Below, in pieces: positions 36,601 through 49,389 of a stretch of 64,000 bases of DNA. Position 1 is the first letter of the stretch; each line of letters opens with the position of its first letter. The position numbers and the translations under genes were made by a program. Source of the DNA: Octopus vulgaris (Eukaryota). The DNA lies in NCBI GenBank assembly GCA_951406725.2, contig OX597822.1:112282001-112346000 (forward strand), in the 5' to 3' direction. The notes under the pieces are model-generated. The model made no database searches, had not been told where the DNA came from, and saw only the letters and a program-made list of their open reading frames with translations.

Positions 36601-37008
36601 AGGCATAGGAGTGGCTGTGTGGTAAGTAGCTTGCTTACCAACCACATGGTTCTGGGTTCAGTCCCACTGCATGGCACCTTGGGCAAGTGTCTTCTACTAT
36701 AGCCTCAGGCCGACCAAAGCCTTGTGAGTGGATTTGGTAGACGGAGACTGAAAGAAGCCTGTTGTATATGTGTGTGTGTATGTTTGTATGTGTAAATGTT
36801 TGTGTGTCTGTGTTTGTCCCCCCCACCATCACTTGACAACCGATGCTGGTGTGTTTACGTCCCCGTAACTTAGCGGTTCGGCGAAAGAGACTGATAGAAT
36901 AAGTACTAGGCTTACAAAGAATAAGTCCTGGGGTCAATCTGCTCGACTAAAAGGCTGTGCTCCAGCATGGCCACAGTCAAATGAAAGAAGTAAAAGAGTA
37001 AAAGAGTA
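36601..37008 (+). mobile_element. SINE family B
   Basis: Near full-length forward copy. Confidence 0.9.
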
Positions 37009-37248
37009 ATGCTATATAATTCCACTTGAATTTTTCTAATCTTTTTGTGATTCTTCATTCCAAAATGGTTCATGGTTTCTCCTTTTGCATCATAAGTTTT
37101 GCAATTTCTGTCATTCTTGAAATTACTTTTCCAATTAGAGCTTTTTGATGTTTTTATTCTGATCTTCAGATATTCCATTCAAACGGAATCTGGAATTATG
37201 TAGACATCTGACCCCCGATGACTTAAAAATTGAACCAATTGAAATATA

Positions 37249-37663
37249 GGATCATTTCGGTTTGAATGGCAGTATTTTCTAGCGGTCTCATATGAAATTG
37301 TCACCCATAATTATGACCCTTGTATCGATCTATTGCATTTCAATCTGTTTTAGGGTTAGGGGTGGGAGGAAGAGTATCTTTTTTTCTTCAGAAATGTAAA
37401 TAAACTCAATCTGTTTCTTAAACGAGGGACATATTCATATGGCACTGAATGTTTTTTTTATCTCAATAGACGTCACTGATTGGTTGAAATTGCAGAAATT
37501 GAAGAAAAAAAAAACAACAAATATCTTACAAACTATAGAATTTTCTCAATAAAGCCAAGAGAAAAAGATGTTTTATAAACACATTCTACCAGTGTCCGAA
37601 GTTTAAAATTTTTTAGTTACCTAGAAACTATGTTAAAAACTGCTGTTCAAACCAAAAAGATCC
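37249..37663. mobile_element. Merlin-like MITE
   Basis: GGATC...GATCC TIRs; perfect 8-bp TSD GAAATATA (37241-37248 and 37664-37671). Confidence 0.8.
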
Positions 37664-37818
37664 GAAATATATTGTGTAGCAGATACATAGATTAAATTAA
37701 ATCAGAAGTAATGTGTCATCAGTTATTGTAGTAGCATTGTATTCTTGCGTGTTGTTTGAATTAGCAAATCCATGTGTGAATATGAGTGAATTACTAAAAG
37801 AGATGTTTTATCTTGCAG

Positions 37819-37908
37819 TCTGATTCGGATGATGAACAGGAAAATACAGGAACAGAGAAAGAAAGCCAACATTTTATTGCTCATGTTCCGGTGCCGTCAC
37901 AACAAGAG
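37819..37908 (+). CDS. ISY1: ISY1 exon 10 (SDSDDEQ...FIAHVPVPSQQE)
   Basis: FIAHVPVPSQQE conserved motif. Confidence 0.96.
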
Positions 37909-37928
37909 GTAAGGATATATTTCTATAT

Positions 37929-38331
37929 CGGTGGCGAGCTGGCAGACACGTTAGCACGCCGGGCGAAATGCTTAGCGGTATTTCGTCTGCCGCTACTACA
38001 TTCTGAGTTCAAATTCCGTCGAGGTCGACTTTGCCTTTCATCCTTTTGGGGTCGATAAATTAAGTACCAGTTACGCACTGGGGTCGATGTAATCGACTTA
38101 ATCCGTCTGTCCTCTCTGTGTTTAGCCCCTTGTGGGTAGTTAAGAAATAGGTATTTCGTCTGCCGTCATGTTGTGAGTTCAAATTTCGCCGATCCACTTT
38201 GCCTTTCATCCTTTCAGGGTTGATAAATAAAGTACCAGTTACGCACTGTGGTCGATATAATCAACTTAATCCCTTTGTCTGTCCTTGTTTGTCCCCTCTA
38301 TGTTTAGCCCCTTGTGGGTAGTAAAGAAATA
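37929..38331 (+). mobile_element. SINE family A dimer
   Basis: Full copy plus a 5'-truncated copy inside one TSD, GATATATTTCTA. Confidence 0.85.
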
Positions 38332-39584
38332 GATATATTTCTAACAATTTTAATTTTGTTATAAAATAATCGTTTTTTTTTATATTATTTATTTGAGAAG
38401 TATGATTAGAACATAGAAATTCTTCTAGAATACTTCAACATTCTCAGACACTTTGAAGCACACACAAACATGTGTCTCTTCTACAGGTGTCTTTTCCTTT
38501 TGTTATTAATGTTATCCTGATTTAATAAGGTTTTGTTCATCTAGTCAAACATGACTTGAATTGGTTTACCCTTCACTGTTATTCTAAGTCAAGCATGACT
38601 TGCCACTTCTCTGACGTTCTTGAGGACTGAGTAGTTTTGTTCCAATGACGGATGGTTTTAATGCTGAGAGTAGAACTATTGCAATTTTGAACAAATTTAT
38701 GACAATTTTAGCTACCGAAATATTTTGGTGACACTCCGTTAACTCAGCATACCTTCTATAGACTTATTTTTGGAATATTTATTCCACTGATATTTTGTTC
38801 CTCTGTTACATTTACTAGGTAATTGTAGTGGATTGTCTAGAGCAGCTAGAGTTTGGAAAGAATTCAGAAAGCTGCTGCATCTTACAGCAACAAAGAGTTT
38901 TTCTGTTATAGTAACAGTGCACCTGATCACTGTATACAATAATTTCATTATTATTATTATTAAGTTTTCTCTCTAACGGGCAGACTGCATGAAACACATT
39001 TAAAAAGTTCCAATACTATTTGAGTGTTTGATAGAGAAAAGCTGTGAAGGATTGAGAAAAACAAGTTGATAGAATTGTTGGGCATTAAAAGCATTATTCA
39101 ATGTTTGGAGGGTTAGGGTTAGTTGTGACATGATGTGATTGGACAATGAAAAAAATGCCTTGCTTGACTTGTAGAATATGCCTAAGGTAGAGAGAAGTGA
39201 AGCAAGAAATGGTTGTTAGATTTTGTAAATGATTGCATCAAGTAGAAAAATGTTGGAAAACACATCCAATCCATGGCAATCAGGAAAATTCATTGGGGAT
39301 AATGTCTCTTATGTCATAGAAATTTGTTTCAAGAAAAAATTTATACATTAACCATTTCATTACCATCTTTCTGTTGAAATGAACTGCCATTATTTCAATT
39401 AATTTTGAAAATAACGAAGAATTTAATAAACTATCTTTGATTATTAAACTAGTGTTTGAAACTTAAATTAACAACGAAATTTTGGAGGAAGGTTTTAGTT
39501 TAGATCAATTTAAAACAGGAAGTTTGCGTCATAGGACTTTGTATCATAGCCAGAGCTACTCTGATTTTAAATGAAGAACTACAT

Positions 39585-39990
39585 TATCATCATCATCGTT
39601 TAATGTCTGTTTTCCATGCTAGCATGGGTTGGAAGGTTCGACCGGGGTCTGGGAAGCCAGGAGGCTGCGCCAGGCTCCAATCTGATCTGGGAGTGTTTCT
39701 ACAGCTGGATGCCCTTCCTAACGCCAACCACTCCGTGAGTGTAGTGGGTGCTTTTTATGTGCCACCAGCACAGGAGCCAGAGGGGGCTGGAAAACGGCCA
39801 CGATCGGTTGGTGCTTTTTACATGCCACTGACACAGATGCCAGTGAGGCAGCGCTGGCATCAGCTACGTTTGGATGGTGCTTTTTACATGCCACCAGCAC
39901 AGGTATCTTAACTACAATTCCCATTTGATTTTTATTTTGATGTTGGCGTTGATGTTGACGTACTTGACTCAAGAGGTCTCCTCAAGAACA
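39585..39990 (-). mobile_element. RTE-type 3' UTR copy
   Basis: Family sequence. Confidence 0.8.
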
Positions 39991-40201
39991 GTGGGTCACT
40001 CTACGATCCAAGGTTAGCACAGCAGGCCGTCTTGCGTACAAAAAAAACTCTACACTAAAGTTCTAAATTTCATATTCTACTTTGGATTGTCATATTCTTT
40101 ATGGAATTTTAAAAGACCTTTTTAGCAGATTAGTTCAGTAAATAAATAAAGTTCATAGCTAATATGGAATTACTCAGAACTCTTGGTATTTTTTATTTCA
40201 G

Positions 40202-40309
40202 ATTGAAGAGGCTCTTGTGCAGCGAAAGAAATTGGAGCTTATGGAGAAATATGCCAGTGAGTCATTACAAGAAGAAGAAAATCAAGTGAAAGAAATGCTA
40301 GGAATGTAA
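40202..40309 (+). CDS. ISY1: ISY1 terminal exon 11 (IEEALVQRKKLELMEKYASE...LGM*)
   Basis: Conserved C-terminus with TAA stop; all exons total 864 nt = 287 aa + stop. Confidence 0.96.
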   Translation: MEEALVQRKKLELMEKYASESLQEEENQVKEMLGM

Positions 40310-40880
40310 GAACTTGGTTAAGAATGCAAGGAACTATTTTGGTTTCTGTCACAGTTATCATACTTGATCTTTATCAATAGAACATTTTTAAAGCTCCACT
40401 GATATTCTTTACTCTAAACCTCAGCAACAACTATTTTGTAAATAACCCATTCACATGTCAGCATCATAGCCAAAGTCTTTAGTTGGAGTTCCTGGATTTA
40501 CAAATGATTCATATTTGTTGCTGTGTTATTGAAATACAGGGAAGTTTACATCTGTTAATGTCACCATTTTGATATCTCTACAGCAACTGGACATAAACTC
40601 CATTGAAAATCATCCATATCAAAATTCAAATTATGGAGAAAGGTTTAGAGTTTGAAGGGAAACATTTCATCATATTGGAAACTTATGAAATTTTCCTGTG
40701 ATTTGATTCATTTGAGTGAAGACTATTATACACCCCCCATTCATCTATACATGTTGCTATGAAGTGTATTCATTTGGAATCTTCATTTGTACATAATCCA
40801 AGAAACTTGAAGAAAGTTTCATAAATGATAAACCTTTTATGTCAACAGAATATTTTTTTTAGAATTGTATATAATTTGGT

Positions 40881-40886
40881 AATAAA
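40881..40886 (+). terminator. Candidate ISY1 polyadenylation signal (AATAAA)
   Basis: AATAAA about 570 nt after the stop codon, just before a (TA)n tract. Confidence 0.5.
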
Positions 40887-40891
40887 GCAAC

Positions 40892-40945
<54 letters not shown>

Positions 40946-41007
40946 TGGTAATAGAGCAACCAATACTGAGTTTATCAGTTTGTCTTCTTTTGAAAATAAT
41001 TTTAAAA

Positions 41008-41290
41008 TCATCATCATCATCATCATTGTTTAACGTCCGCTTTCCATGCTAGCATGGGTTGGACGATTTTGACTGAGGGCTGGCAAACCAGACGGCTGCA
41101 CCAGGCTCCAATTTTGATCTGGCAGAGTTTCTACAGCTGGATGCCCTTCCTAACGCCAACCACTCCGAGAGTGTAGTGGGTGCTTTTGACGTGCCACCGG
41201 CTCAGGTGCCTGTGAGGCGGTACTGGCAATGACCTTGCTCGAATCTTTTTACACGTGCCAGTGAAGCGATGTTGGTAACGATCACGCTCA
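41008..41290 (-). mobile_element. RTE-type 3' UTR copy
   Basis: Family sequence. Confidence 0.8.
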
Positions 41291-41924
41291 AAATATTAGG
41301 TTTAAACAAAAAGAAAAAAAAAACATACTTTAATGTTAGAAATAGTTTCTATCAGAAACATGAATCTCTAGAGTTCTTGGTTAACATGTCTTTGCATAAT
41401 TCAGCAAAACCATTTTTGGAGTCAGCCACAAATTTAGAACTTGAAAACAAGAAACTGCAAAGACTCAGTTACTGCATCTTTATGAAGTCCAATTTGCAGG
41501 AGTCAGCAGTTTTGTAGTGAATTTAGTTCACCATTTTTTATCTATATTTACAAACCCTTGGAAGCTGCTGCGTGGCCTACTTTGAAAAATACTGCCAAAT
41601 GCCACTCTAGGCACATGCTAGCATCTTAGAAAAAGGAAAGGTACACTGGATAAAATAGCCCAAGATACATTATGGTTGAGTGGCTGTGTTGCTTCTCAAC
41701 CACATGGTTCCAGGTTCAGTCCCACTGTGTAGCACCTTGGGCAAGTGTGTTCAACTATAACCTTAGGCCAATCAAAAACCTTGTGAGTGGATTTTGTAGA
41801 TGGAAACTGAAAGAAGCCTGTCATATATATGTATGTATAGGTCCTTGTCTGTGTTTTACCCTGCATCACTGCTTGCCAGTTGGTGTGTTTATTTCCCTGT
41901 AGTGGTTCGGCAAAATAGACAATA

Positions 41925-42917
41925 GATGAGGTTAAATCAGAAAAATGAAGATGAGCAGTCAATTCAGACCCAGAGTTATGCACAGCAAACACTGTAACTA
42001 ATGACTTGTGTGCTGGAGCATTGCCCTGATGGAACAAGACCCTTTTGTCAGTTTTCCTGGGTGTTTTGTCTCGATAGCTTTTCATAACTGCTTCGTTTAT
42101 GGTGAGGCCCTTTTGAAAATAGTCAATAAACACAACACCATTTTCATCCTTCAAATCTGAAGCCATCACCTTTCCTGCAAATGAGACAACATTAGACTTC
42201 AGAGCAGATGAGGAGGGGTGTTTCCACTGCATCAATTATTTCTTTGTTTCTGGCTGAAAGTGATGAAACGAACACTCATCTTAGCTTAGGAAACCAGCTG
42301 GGTCTGCCTCAAACAAAGTCAGATTTCCCCATGATGTGTCCAGCCTTGTGCCATTTTGATCGGGTGTCAGTAGACGTGGCAGCCATTGTGCAGAAACTTT
42401 CATCATGCCAAGTTTATGGTGCAGAATATTCTCAACTCTCTCATGGGATATGCTAATAGCATTGGTTATTTGATTTATACTCAATTGCCGTTCACCCATC
42501 ACCATGGGGCGAACACGGTCTATGTTTTCCTCGGTGGTGGCAGCTGCAGGACGTCCAAACATTGGGTCATCTTTAAGACTCTCCATTTCCCTCCTAAATT
42601 CAGTTGCCCACTTGTGCACTGTTGATAAAACTGGGATGACATCTCCTAATGTAACAACCATGTCAGTATGAATGTCCATGGGGGCTAAACCCTTTTTCTG
42701 CAGGTACTTGACAACACTACAATGTCAAATTTCGTTGATTTTTCAAGAGAAGTCACTACTAGTTACTTTTGAAGTCTTCTTTGAACAGTCAGGTATCCGT
42801 TTACTTGGAAACAAACAATGCAGTTATTAAGAAGAGGAACTGAAATGCATGTAAGATTTTACATCTCTACCATCACTCCTTCATAGTCAGCCTATGAACT
42901 TTTCAGCCCATCCTGAT
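41925..42917 (-). mobile_element. Decayed mariner transposase
   Basis: Fragments with DDPMFGRP, KVSAQWLPRLLT, AGKVMAS, VLFHQGNAPAH; frameshifted. Confidence 0.88.
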
Positions 42918-43011
42918 ATTCCTGACAGTGAAGTGAATTGATGCTCATGCTGAGCCTACTCTTCTTTTCCCTGTTTGGCTAATTAATTATGCTGATTATA
43001 TTATTTCTTAG

Positions 43012-43338
43012 ATACCCGTGCTGGTGACACGTAAAAAGCACTGTCCGAACGTGGCTGATGCCAGCGCCGTCTGACTGGCGTCCGTGTCGGTGACACGTAA
43101 AAGCACCAACTGATCGTGGCCGTTTGCCAGCCTGCTCTGGCCCCTGTGCCGGTGGCACGTAAAAAACACCCACTACACTCACGGAGTGGTTGGCGTTAGG
43201 AAGGGCATCCAGGTGTAGAAACACTGCCAAATCAGACTGGAGCCTGGTGCAGTCTCCATGGCTTACCAGACCCCGGTCGAACTGTCCAACCCATGCTAGC
43301 ATGGAAAACAGACGTTAAATGATGATGATGATGATGAT
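43012..43338 (+). mobile_element. RTE-type 3' UTR copy
   Basis: Family sequence. Confidence 0.8.
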
Positions 43339-44421
43339 ACTTAAAGTTGTTACTTAATCTCAGCTCAGTCCAGATTGAGGACACTCCAATTATGACCATC
43401 TCGTCACTTTACATATTCAAGATTACATAGAGAAACAATAATCTTCTTATTCCTCATAGTAACTGAACATTATTTAACATTCCACAAAAGCCCATTTTTG
43501 ATTTAGTGTCACCAAGGCAGACCCTTAACAGTTTCACCTCAAACTCTGAATGCTGTTATACATGTCTTGTATGTTCAAGTTAATTTGAACCTTTGCAAGT
43601 TGATGGTTTGTTAAAGCCAAAAGGATAGAGTTTGAATTCGGAAGTTGGAGTGAACCAAACATTTAGTATGAAGTCTAAAAATAATGTCAACGAATTTAGC
43701 TGAAAGTGTGTTCTCTCAAACAATTGAGTTGGGAAGGAATATTGCAGAGTATGTATGATATTAAAAACCCAAGTCCAAGTGTACATATTATAAGTAACCT
43801 CCTCCTACCCATATTTGAGTAGTTATCTATGTAGCAGCAGCAGCCGTTCAAGGATTTGAACCTGGAGATCTTCATTTCCAGTGACTTCGAGGGCCACCTT
43901 CCAGTGGTGTCGGGCGTCATCGAAGAACACTCGACTACAAGACGACGAAAGTTTTTTTTCTCCCCAAGGTCTGGGGTCTCCAGTCCCTAAGCCATCAACC
44001 TAATCACCCTTACCCGCCTTGTTGCTTAACAACAGCAGCAGCAGCATAGTTAATAACATAGTATATTACTATAAGTATGCCATAGTTTACTAAGTACAAA
44101 GAACTCTTTGGTTTGTTGTTCACTTCGCCTCATGAAACAGAATTTCAGCGAGGCTGAATTAGTGCTACCAGTCATTCGACTATAGATTTGACTGACCATA
44201 ATTGCTAGGGGCTGTCCATCCAATTTGTAGTATAGTACCAACATGTGATTATGAAATATGTTCTTATAATTTGTTAGATTATAGGAACAATAAATATTAC
44301 GAAAAATATGGTCTATCAGTTTGAATCACAGTAAAAATAAATTTAAATAATTTCGTTGTAAACATTAATAAACCGATAAAGTGAGGAAAAAAAACTACGT
44401 AAACAGTGATTAATTTTTGTA

Positions 44422-44427
44422 TTTATT
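44422..44427 (-). terminator. Candidate PGLS polyadenylation signal (AATAAA)
   Basis: TTTATT on the + strand about 170 nt past the stop codon. Confidence 0.45.
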
Positions 44428-44592
44428 ATATCAAAAGTAGCAGAAAATGTTTGGATAATATTTCCTTAATATCGCTTTAAGAATGTAAAGTTTCTAGGTT
44501 TATACTGTCGATAGCAAATGATAAATTCTTTTTTGAACAGAAATAACACACCATGGAAACATACTCTTGTATAATTAAGTAAAGCTGTATTC

Positions 44593-45330
44593 TTAATGCT
44601 TCAGCTGTTTGGCAGAAGCGGCATCCAAAAACCAAATTAATTCTCCATCGACTGGGCTCACTCTGCCGGCAGGTATCATGTCTCCATCGCTGTCAACAGG
44701 CTCCAAGGCTTTCCTCACCAATTCAGCTTTATTTTCACCGGTGGCCATGAAAACAGCACAAGCCGATCGGTTGAGGACAGGCAAAGTGAGAGTTACCCGA
44801 CCGGGTGGAGGTTTCGGAGAATCAGAGATCGGACTGACTACAGCTACTTTCTCGTCCAACAAATGATGTCCCGGAAAAAGGGAGCAAGTGTGGCCGTCGG
44901 GTCCCATCCCAAGTAAGACAACATCAAAGCGTGGAAAAGTCCCTGGGGTTATGTCAAATACAGCAGCAATTTTATCCGAATAATTTTTAGCACATTCATC
45001 AATAGGAAGATCGGCTTTAATCGGATATATATGATCGGCAGACATATCTTTTACTTTGGACAAGAAATTTTCCTTGTAGTATTTATAAGTACATTCCGGA
45101 TCTTCGTGAGGCACGTAACGTTCGTCACAGAAGAAGATTCGCCATTTCGCCCAGTTTGTCGAGAGTTTGCAGAAAGTGTTGCACAAATATTTCGATACAC
45201 TACCTCCAGAAACACCAATTATAAACAGACGATCAGATTTGAGTGCTTGTTCGGATTTACTGGTGAGTAAATCAGCGAGTCTTTGCTCCAAATCTTCTCC
45301 GGACGAAGAAACAACACGTGTTGGCGCCAT
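44593..45330 (-). CDS. PGLS: 6-phosphogluconolactonase, single exon, 245 aa (alternative in-frame ATG at 45351)
   Basis: Motifs GVSGGS, FFCDERYVP, FDVVLLGMGPDGHTCSLFP, DSPKPPPGRVTLTLPVLN, WFLDAASA; uninterrupted ORF; AAAAATGG start context. Confidence 0.96.
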   Translation of the reverse strand: MAPTRVVSSSGEDLEQRLADLLTSKSEQALKSDRLFIIGVSGGSVSKYLCNTFCKLSTNWAKWRIFFCDERYVPHEDPECTYKYYKENFLSKVKDMSADHIYPIKADLPIDECAKNYSDKIAAVFDITPGTFPRFDVVLLGMGPDGHTCSLFPGHHLLDEKVAVVSPISDSPKPPPGRVTLTLPVLNRSACAVFMATGENKAELVRKALEPVDSDGDMIPAGRVSPVDGELIWFLDAASAKQLKH

Positions 45331-45511
45331 TTTTAAAGAACCAAAGAGCATAGAGTAGTCTCCCTTGATTTATACTGTCGCCGGTGGAAGAAGACGACCA
45401 CACGCGAAGCCATTCACCAGAGAGGAAATAGTTTAGTATTTTAATTACATCGTAATTAATGCATAATTTAAATTTATAAATAAAATTTTCCACACCAAAG
45501 TTACAATCTTC

Positions 45512-45777
45512 GGATCTTTTCACTTTGACCGGCAGATTTTAAAATAATTTCTTTGTAACTAAACACTTTTAAACTTCGTATACTGGTAGAATGTGTTACA
45601 TAAAACATCTTTTTTCTCTTGGCTTTCTTGAGAAAATTCTGTAGTTTGTAAGCTATTAGTTGTTTAATTTCTTGCATTTCGGCAATTTCAACCAATCAAT
45701 GACGTCTATTGAGGTGAATTCAATTTCTGCCGTAGTGTGTCAACAACAATTATTTGCCGGTCAAAGCGAAAAGATCC
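45512..45777. mobile_element. Merlin-like MITE related to the 37249 element, upstream of PGLS
   Basis: TIR GGATCTTTTC(A/G)CTTTGACCGGCA; perfect 8-bp TSD CAATCTTC; shares internal sequence with the 37249 element in reverse orientation. Confidence 0.82.
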
Positions 45778-47196
45778 CAATCTTCCCGAACACGTTTTAA
45801 TTAACCAACCAATACTTTAAATTAAGCTTTATCTTTTCTCTGATAAAGTGAACCTCGTTAGGCCATCGATTCTGGCTTTTAATAAGTAATATTGGTTTCT
45901 CTGGACCAGAGATTTCCAAACACCGTATAATTACCCCTACTAGAGTACAGCGAGAGGAGCATGCAGTCCGATGTGAAGTTAATAACACTTCAGAAAAGGG
46001 ATTGACTCCCAAAGGAGGACACACACGAAGTATTCACCTCTACTGATGGACTTTTAAAAATCGAATCAGTTTTCTGTCGGTATCTCCCTCAGAATCTGCA
46101 GTAAACGAGCGTATGCTATGTTGTGACTGGCCGTAATGAAGCATGGTTGAATTAATGGTAAATGTTTATTTTTCATGTAAGTAGCTCCAGTTGGCATCTT
46201 CAAATATTTCACACACGAGAATTGGTTGACATCTAAAAAGATGATGAAACCTGAGTAACTGCATGGATTTCTTCATAACATTCGGGAAGAATTTCATAAC
46301 GCACTTTGGAAGCTCAATCGCCGAATTCTAAGGGGCATCCTGCTGCGACGCAAGCTAAATATAGTCTGTAGATATGAAGTTGCAAAATTCATGTCATGCA
46401 AAAGAAGCTCCATCGCAACAGTGGAACTTATCATGCCCGGAGGTGAGATTCTTGTGAGAGAAACATGAATGGTAAGCACCAAATAAAAACAACCTATCAA
46501 GGGTTTCTGTATCCAATAAAAGCATTCTTCAGCAAGTAGATGGCATGGTAGATGTTGCTAAGATATAAGTTGTTACCGAAAACATCGATGATAATATTAT
46601 GAAGTGTTGAAGATGGTTGCTAAAAGAGATAAAGAATGAGAGATATGAAATGTTGGTAGTCGGTTTGAAATCAGGTTGCGTACAATGAATGCACACCCGT
46701 GAACAATTGACAGAATTTTATTTTACCATACAAATGATTTTCATGTTGGTCATGATTTAGAAATTGCAGCAACAAAGTTTACACACTGGAAAAACTATTA
46801 CGTAGCTCTTACAGATAGTTGATTAAAGAGGCTCTGTAATCAAGCTGTCAAGACAGGAGAAAATATACACTCCAGATTCACGTTGGCGAACCGTAGCGAT
46901 ATATCTAGGTTGAGTAAGAGCCATAATAACAACTGTTAAAAACAATAAAATGAGGATGTGGTTAGCTTAGCAGCAGGCCTCCGAACACTTGGATTTGGGG
47001 CTCAAAATCTGCCTATTTCCGCCTGTTTCAGGAAGTTTCTTGAATGATCTATCATGTGATGTCGGGTTGCTGATTAGTCCATAACTCGGACCACTCACAT
47101 GAAAAAGCTGTTACTAAACTGTGATTTTAACATGGCAATTTATCGATTTGGTTTCGAATTTAGCTACAGTATCAAACTACATTATAAAACACGAAT

Positions 47197-48150
47197 TCAA
47201 TGGAAAAAAGGTAAGAGAGTGTTATGTGTAGTTCCGTACGCAGTGAGGATTACATTACTTGGTGTGAGGATTCCTTCTTTGATTTTGTCCTCTTCTGTCA
47301 TGTGTTCTGGGAACATCTTCTTGTAAAAGTTGACAGGCAAGATATCACTCTGGGCTCCAGTGTCAATCTTCAGCCTTAAGTCAATGTTTATTCTTTTCTT
47401 TCCGACCTTCTTTTGAATTCTTATTGTTGTGTATGCCTCATTTTCTTTCCGGTCGTCCTTTCCCATCTCATGCACATTTATTGTGCCGACTGCCAAGAAT
47501 TCCCCATTTGAGGAATTCTATGTGTATACGCGTGGCACTATTTTTTAGTGAACAGTATGAACTGTGTTTTAAAGTAAACAGTATTACTACGCTGTGTCTG
47601 AAGGTATATAGGTGTCGCTGCGCTGAGTGTGCGGAGTTCTTGTATTACGAAAAGTAAATAAACACGTGAAAGAATATCTATGCTTCGTATTGAGTTGTCT
47701 ATCCCAGTAGAAAGAAACTACACATAACAGAGAGTGTGCCCAGATGAGTCCCTTGCAATACAACCGAAGAACATTGCATGGATAAAACAGCCATTTCTTG
47801 CTGTAAACGATGTAATAACTGACTCCCAAGTCTACAAAAGACGGGTCCCCGAAGTTGACAAATGATTATTGATCCACAACACATTTGCAATTGTCCAGAG
47901 TATTGTATTATTCTGGTTTCAGAAAGGAGTAATGGAATATCCGATGTTAATGAATCTAGCCCTCAGCGAACCTTTTCCAAATTCCAAGGACCAAAGTGTG
48001 TGAACTTGGATTCTCGACAATGTACCTTAGCATATTCAAGTCTATGGCCTTTTTGTTTCAGGCTCAGATATATTGGTAACTCATTCAGAAACCAAGCCAT
48101 AAATCCAAACTCGTGTATCACAACTTTAATCTTCTCACAGAAATAAGTCT
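47197..48150 (-). mobile_element. Decayed Ty3/Gypsy LTR-retrotransposon gag-protease remnant
   Basis: Retropepsin motif LKIDTGAQSDILP...LTAYG; flanking frames broken, upstream extent uncertain. Confidence 0.7.
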
Positions 48151-49389
48151 ACAACAATATTGTGCATTATGTATTGAATTGTACTAGAATTATGCGCTTA
48201 TTTAAATAAAACACGATTTCAATTTGGAATATTTCGAATCTGTCAAACTTTAAATAGTAATGAAACTAGATAAATACTGCAGAACCGCTGCTCTAGCGTA
48301 AGGTAGAAGAAAAGGGGTCTTGTGACGCTTGCAAGGATGAAAACAGTGTATATGAAGGGAGTGAAATCGAAACGGAGTTACGGACTCTCGTTGCTTTACT
48401 CTCAACTTTCGCCCGACCGTTTCTGTCGAATATCTTTTATCATCTGCTTATTTCAGTCGTGAGACTGCGGCGGCCATACTGGGCCACCACTTAGAAGAAT
48501 TTTTAGTCGAATGAATCGACCCCAGTACTTTTTTCTTAAAAAGCCTGGAACGTATTTTATCGGTCTCTTATGTCGAACCACTTAATTGTAGGGATGTAAA
48601 CACAGGACCACCGGTTATCAAGCGGTGGCGGGAAATAAAAACACACATATGTACACACATATACGACGGACTTCTTTCAGTTTCCGTCTATCAAATCCAC
48701 TCACAAGGCTTTGGTCAATTCGAAGCTATAGTAGAAGATACGTGTTACGCAGTGGGACTGAACGTGGAACCATGTGGTTGAAAAGCAAGCTTTTTACCTC
48801 ACAGCCACGCTTAAAAATATACATTAAGTCTAAAGTATCATCTTTAAATATAATGAATACCGTTACTGATTGATTTAACCTATTGACAAATCATATCAAA
48901 TTCGTTGACAATAAATTTCTCATCTTATTGACGGTGACTCCTGTACAGAAAGAAGCAGAGGTTAGTATCATGTCATTGGTCATTAAGTAATTAAAATTCG
49001 TTGTTAAATGTTATTTTTTCCGGTTGATAGAATACCCAGCGCGTGAAGAAGGACTCCACAGTGAGAGTAGACTATCGTCACGTGTCGATCATGTGGATGC
49101 AACGACACCTGCCAATATTATCGATCGAAAAGTTCGACGCGTTCTTATGATCTACTTCGACATGCTGTCAGAAGACATACATCGTAAAAATGATGTGTGT
49201 GTGTATGTGCATGTCTGTGCGAATGCGCGTGTGTGCATGTATGTGTTTGTACGCGTGCATGCGCACGAGTCTGTGTGCGCGTGATTTTCAGTCTTAGAGA
49301 TTAGAATCTCGATCGACTATCATTTTGCCACTGTTTTATCTTATCTTCTTTCCTTGCGACTACAAGGTTGAAGGTAATGAAGAAATATA

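Noticed and set aside
39108-39123. TTAGGG repeats as an interstitial telomere
   Set aside because: Only about 2 units, in decayed LINE-like sequence
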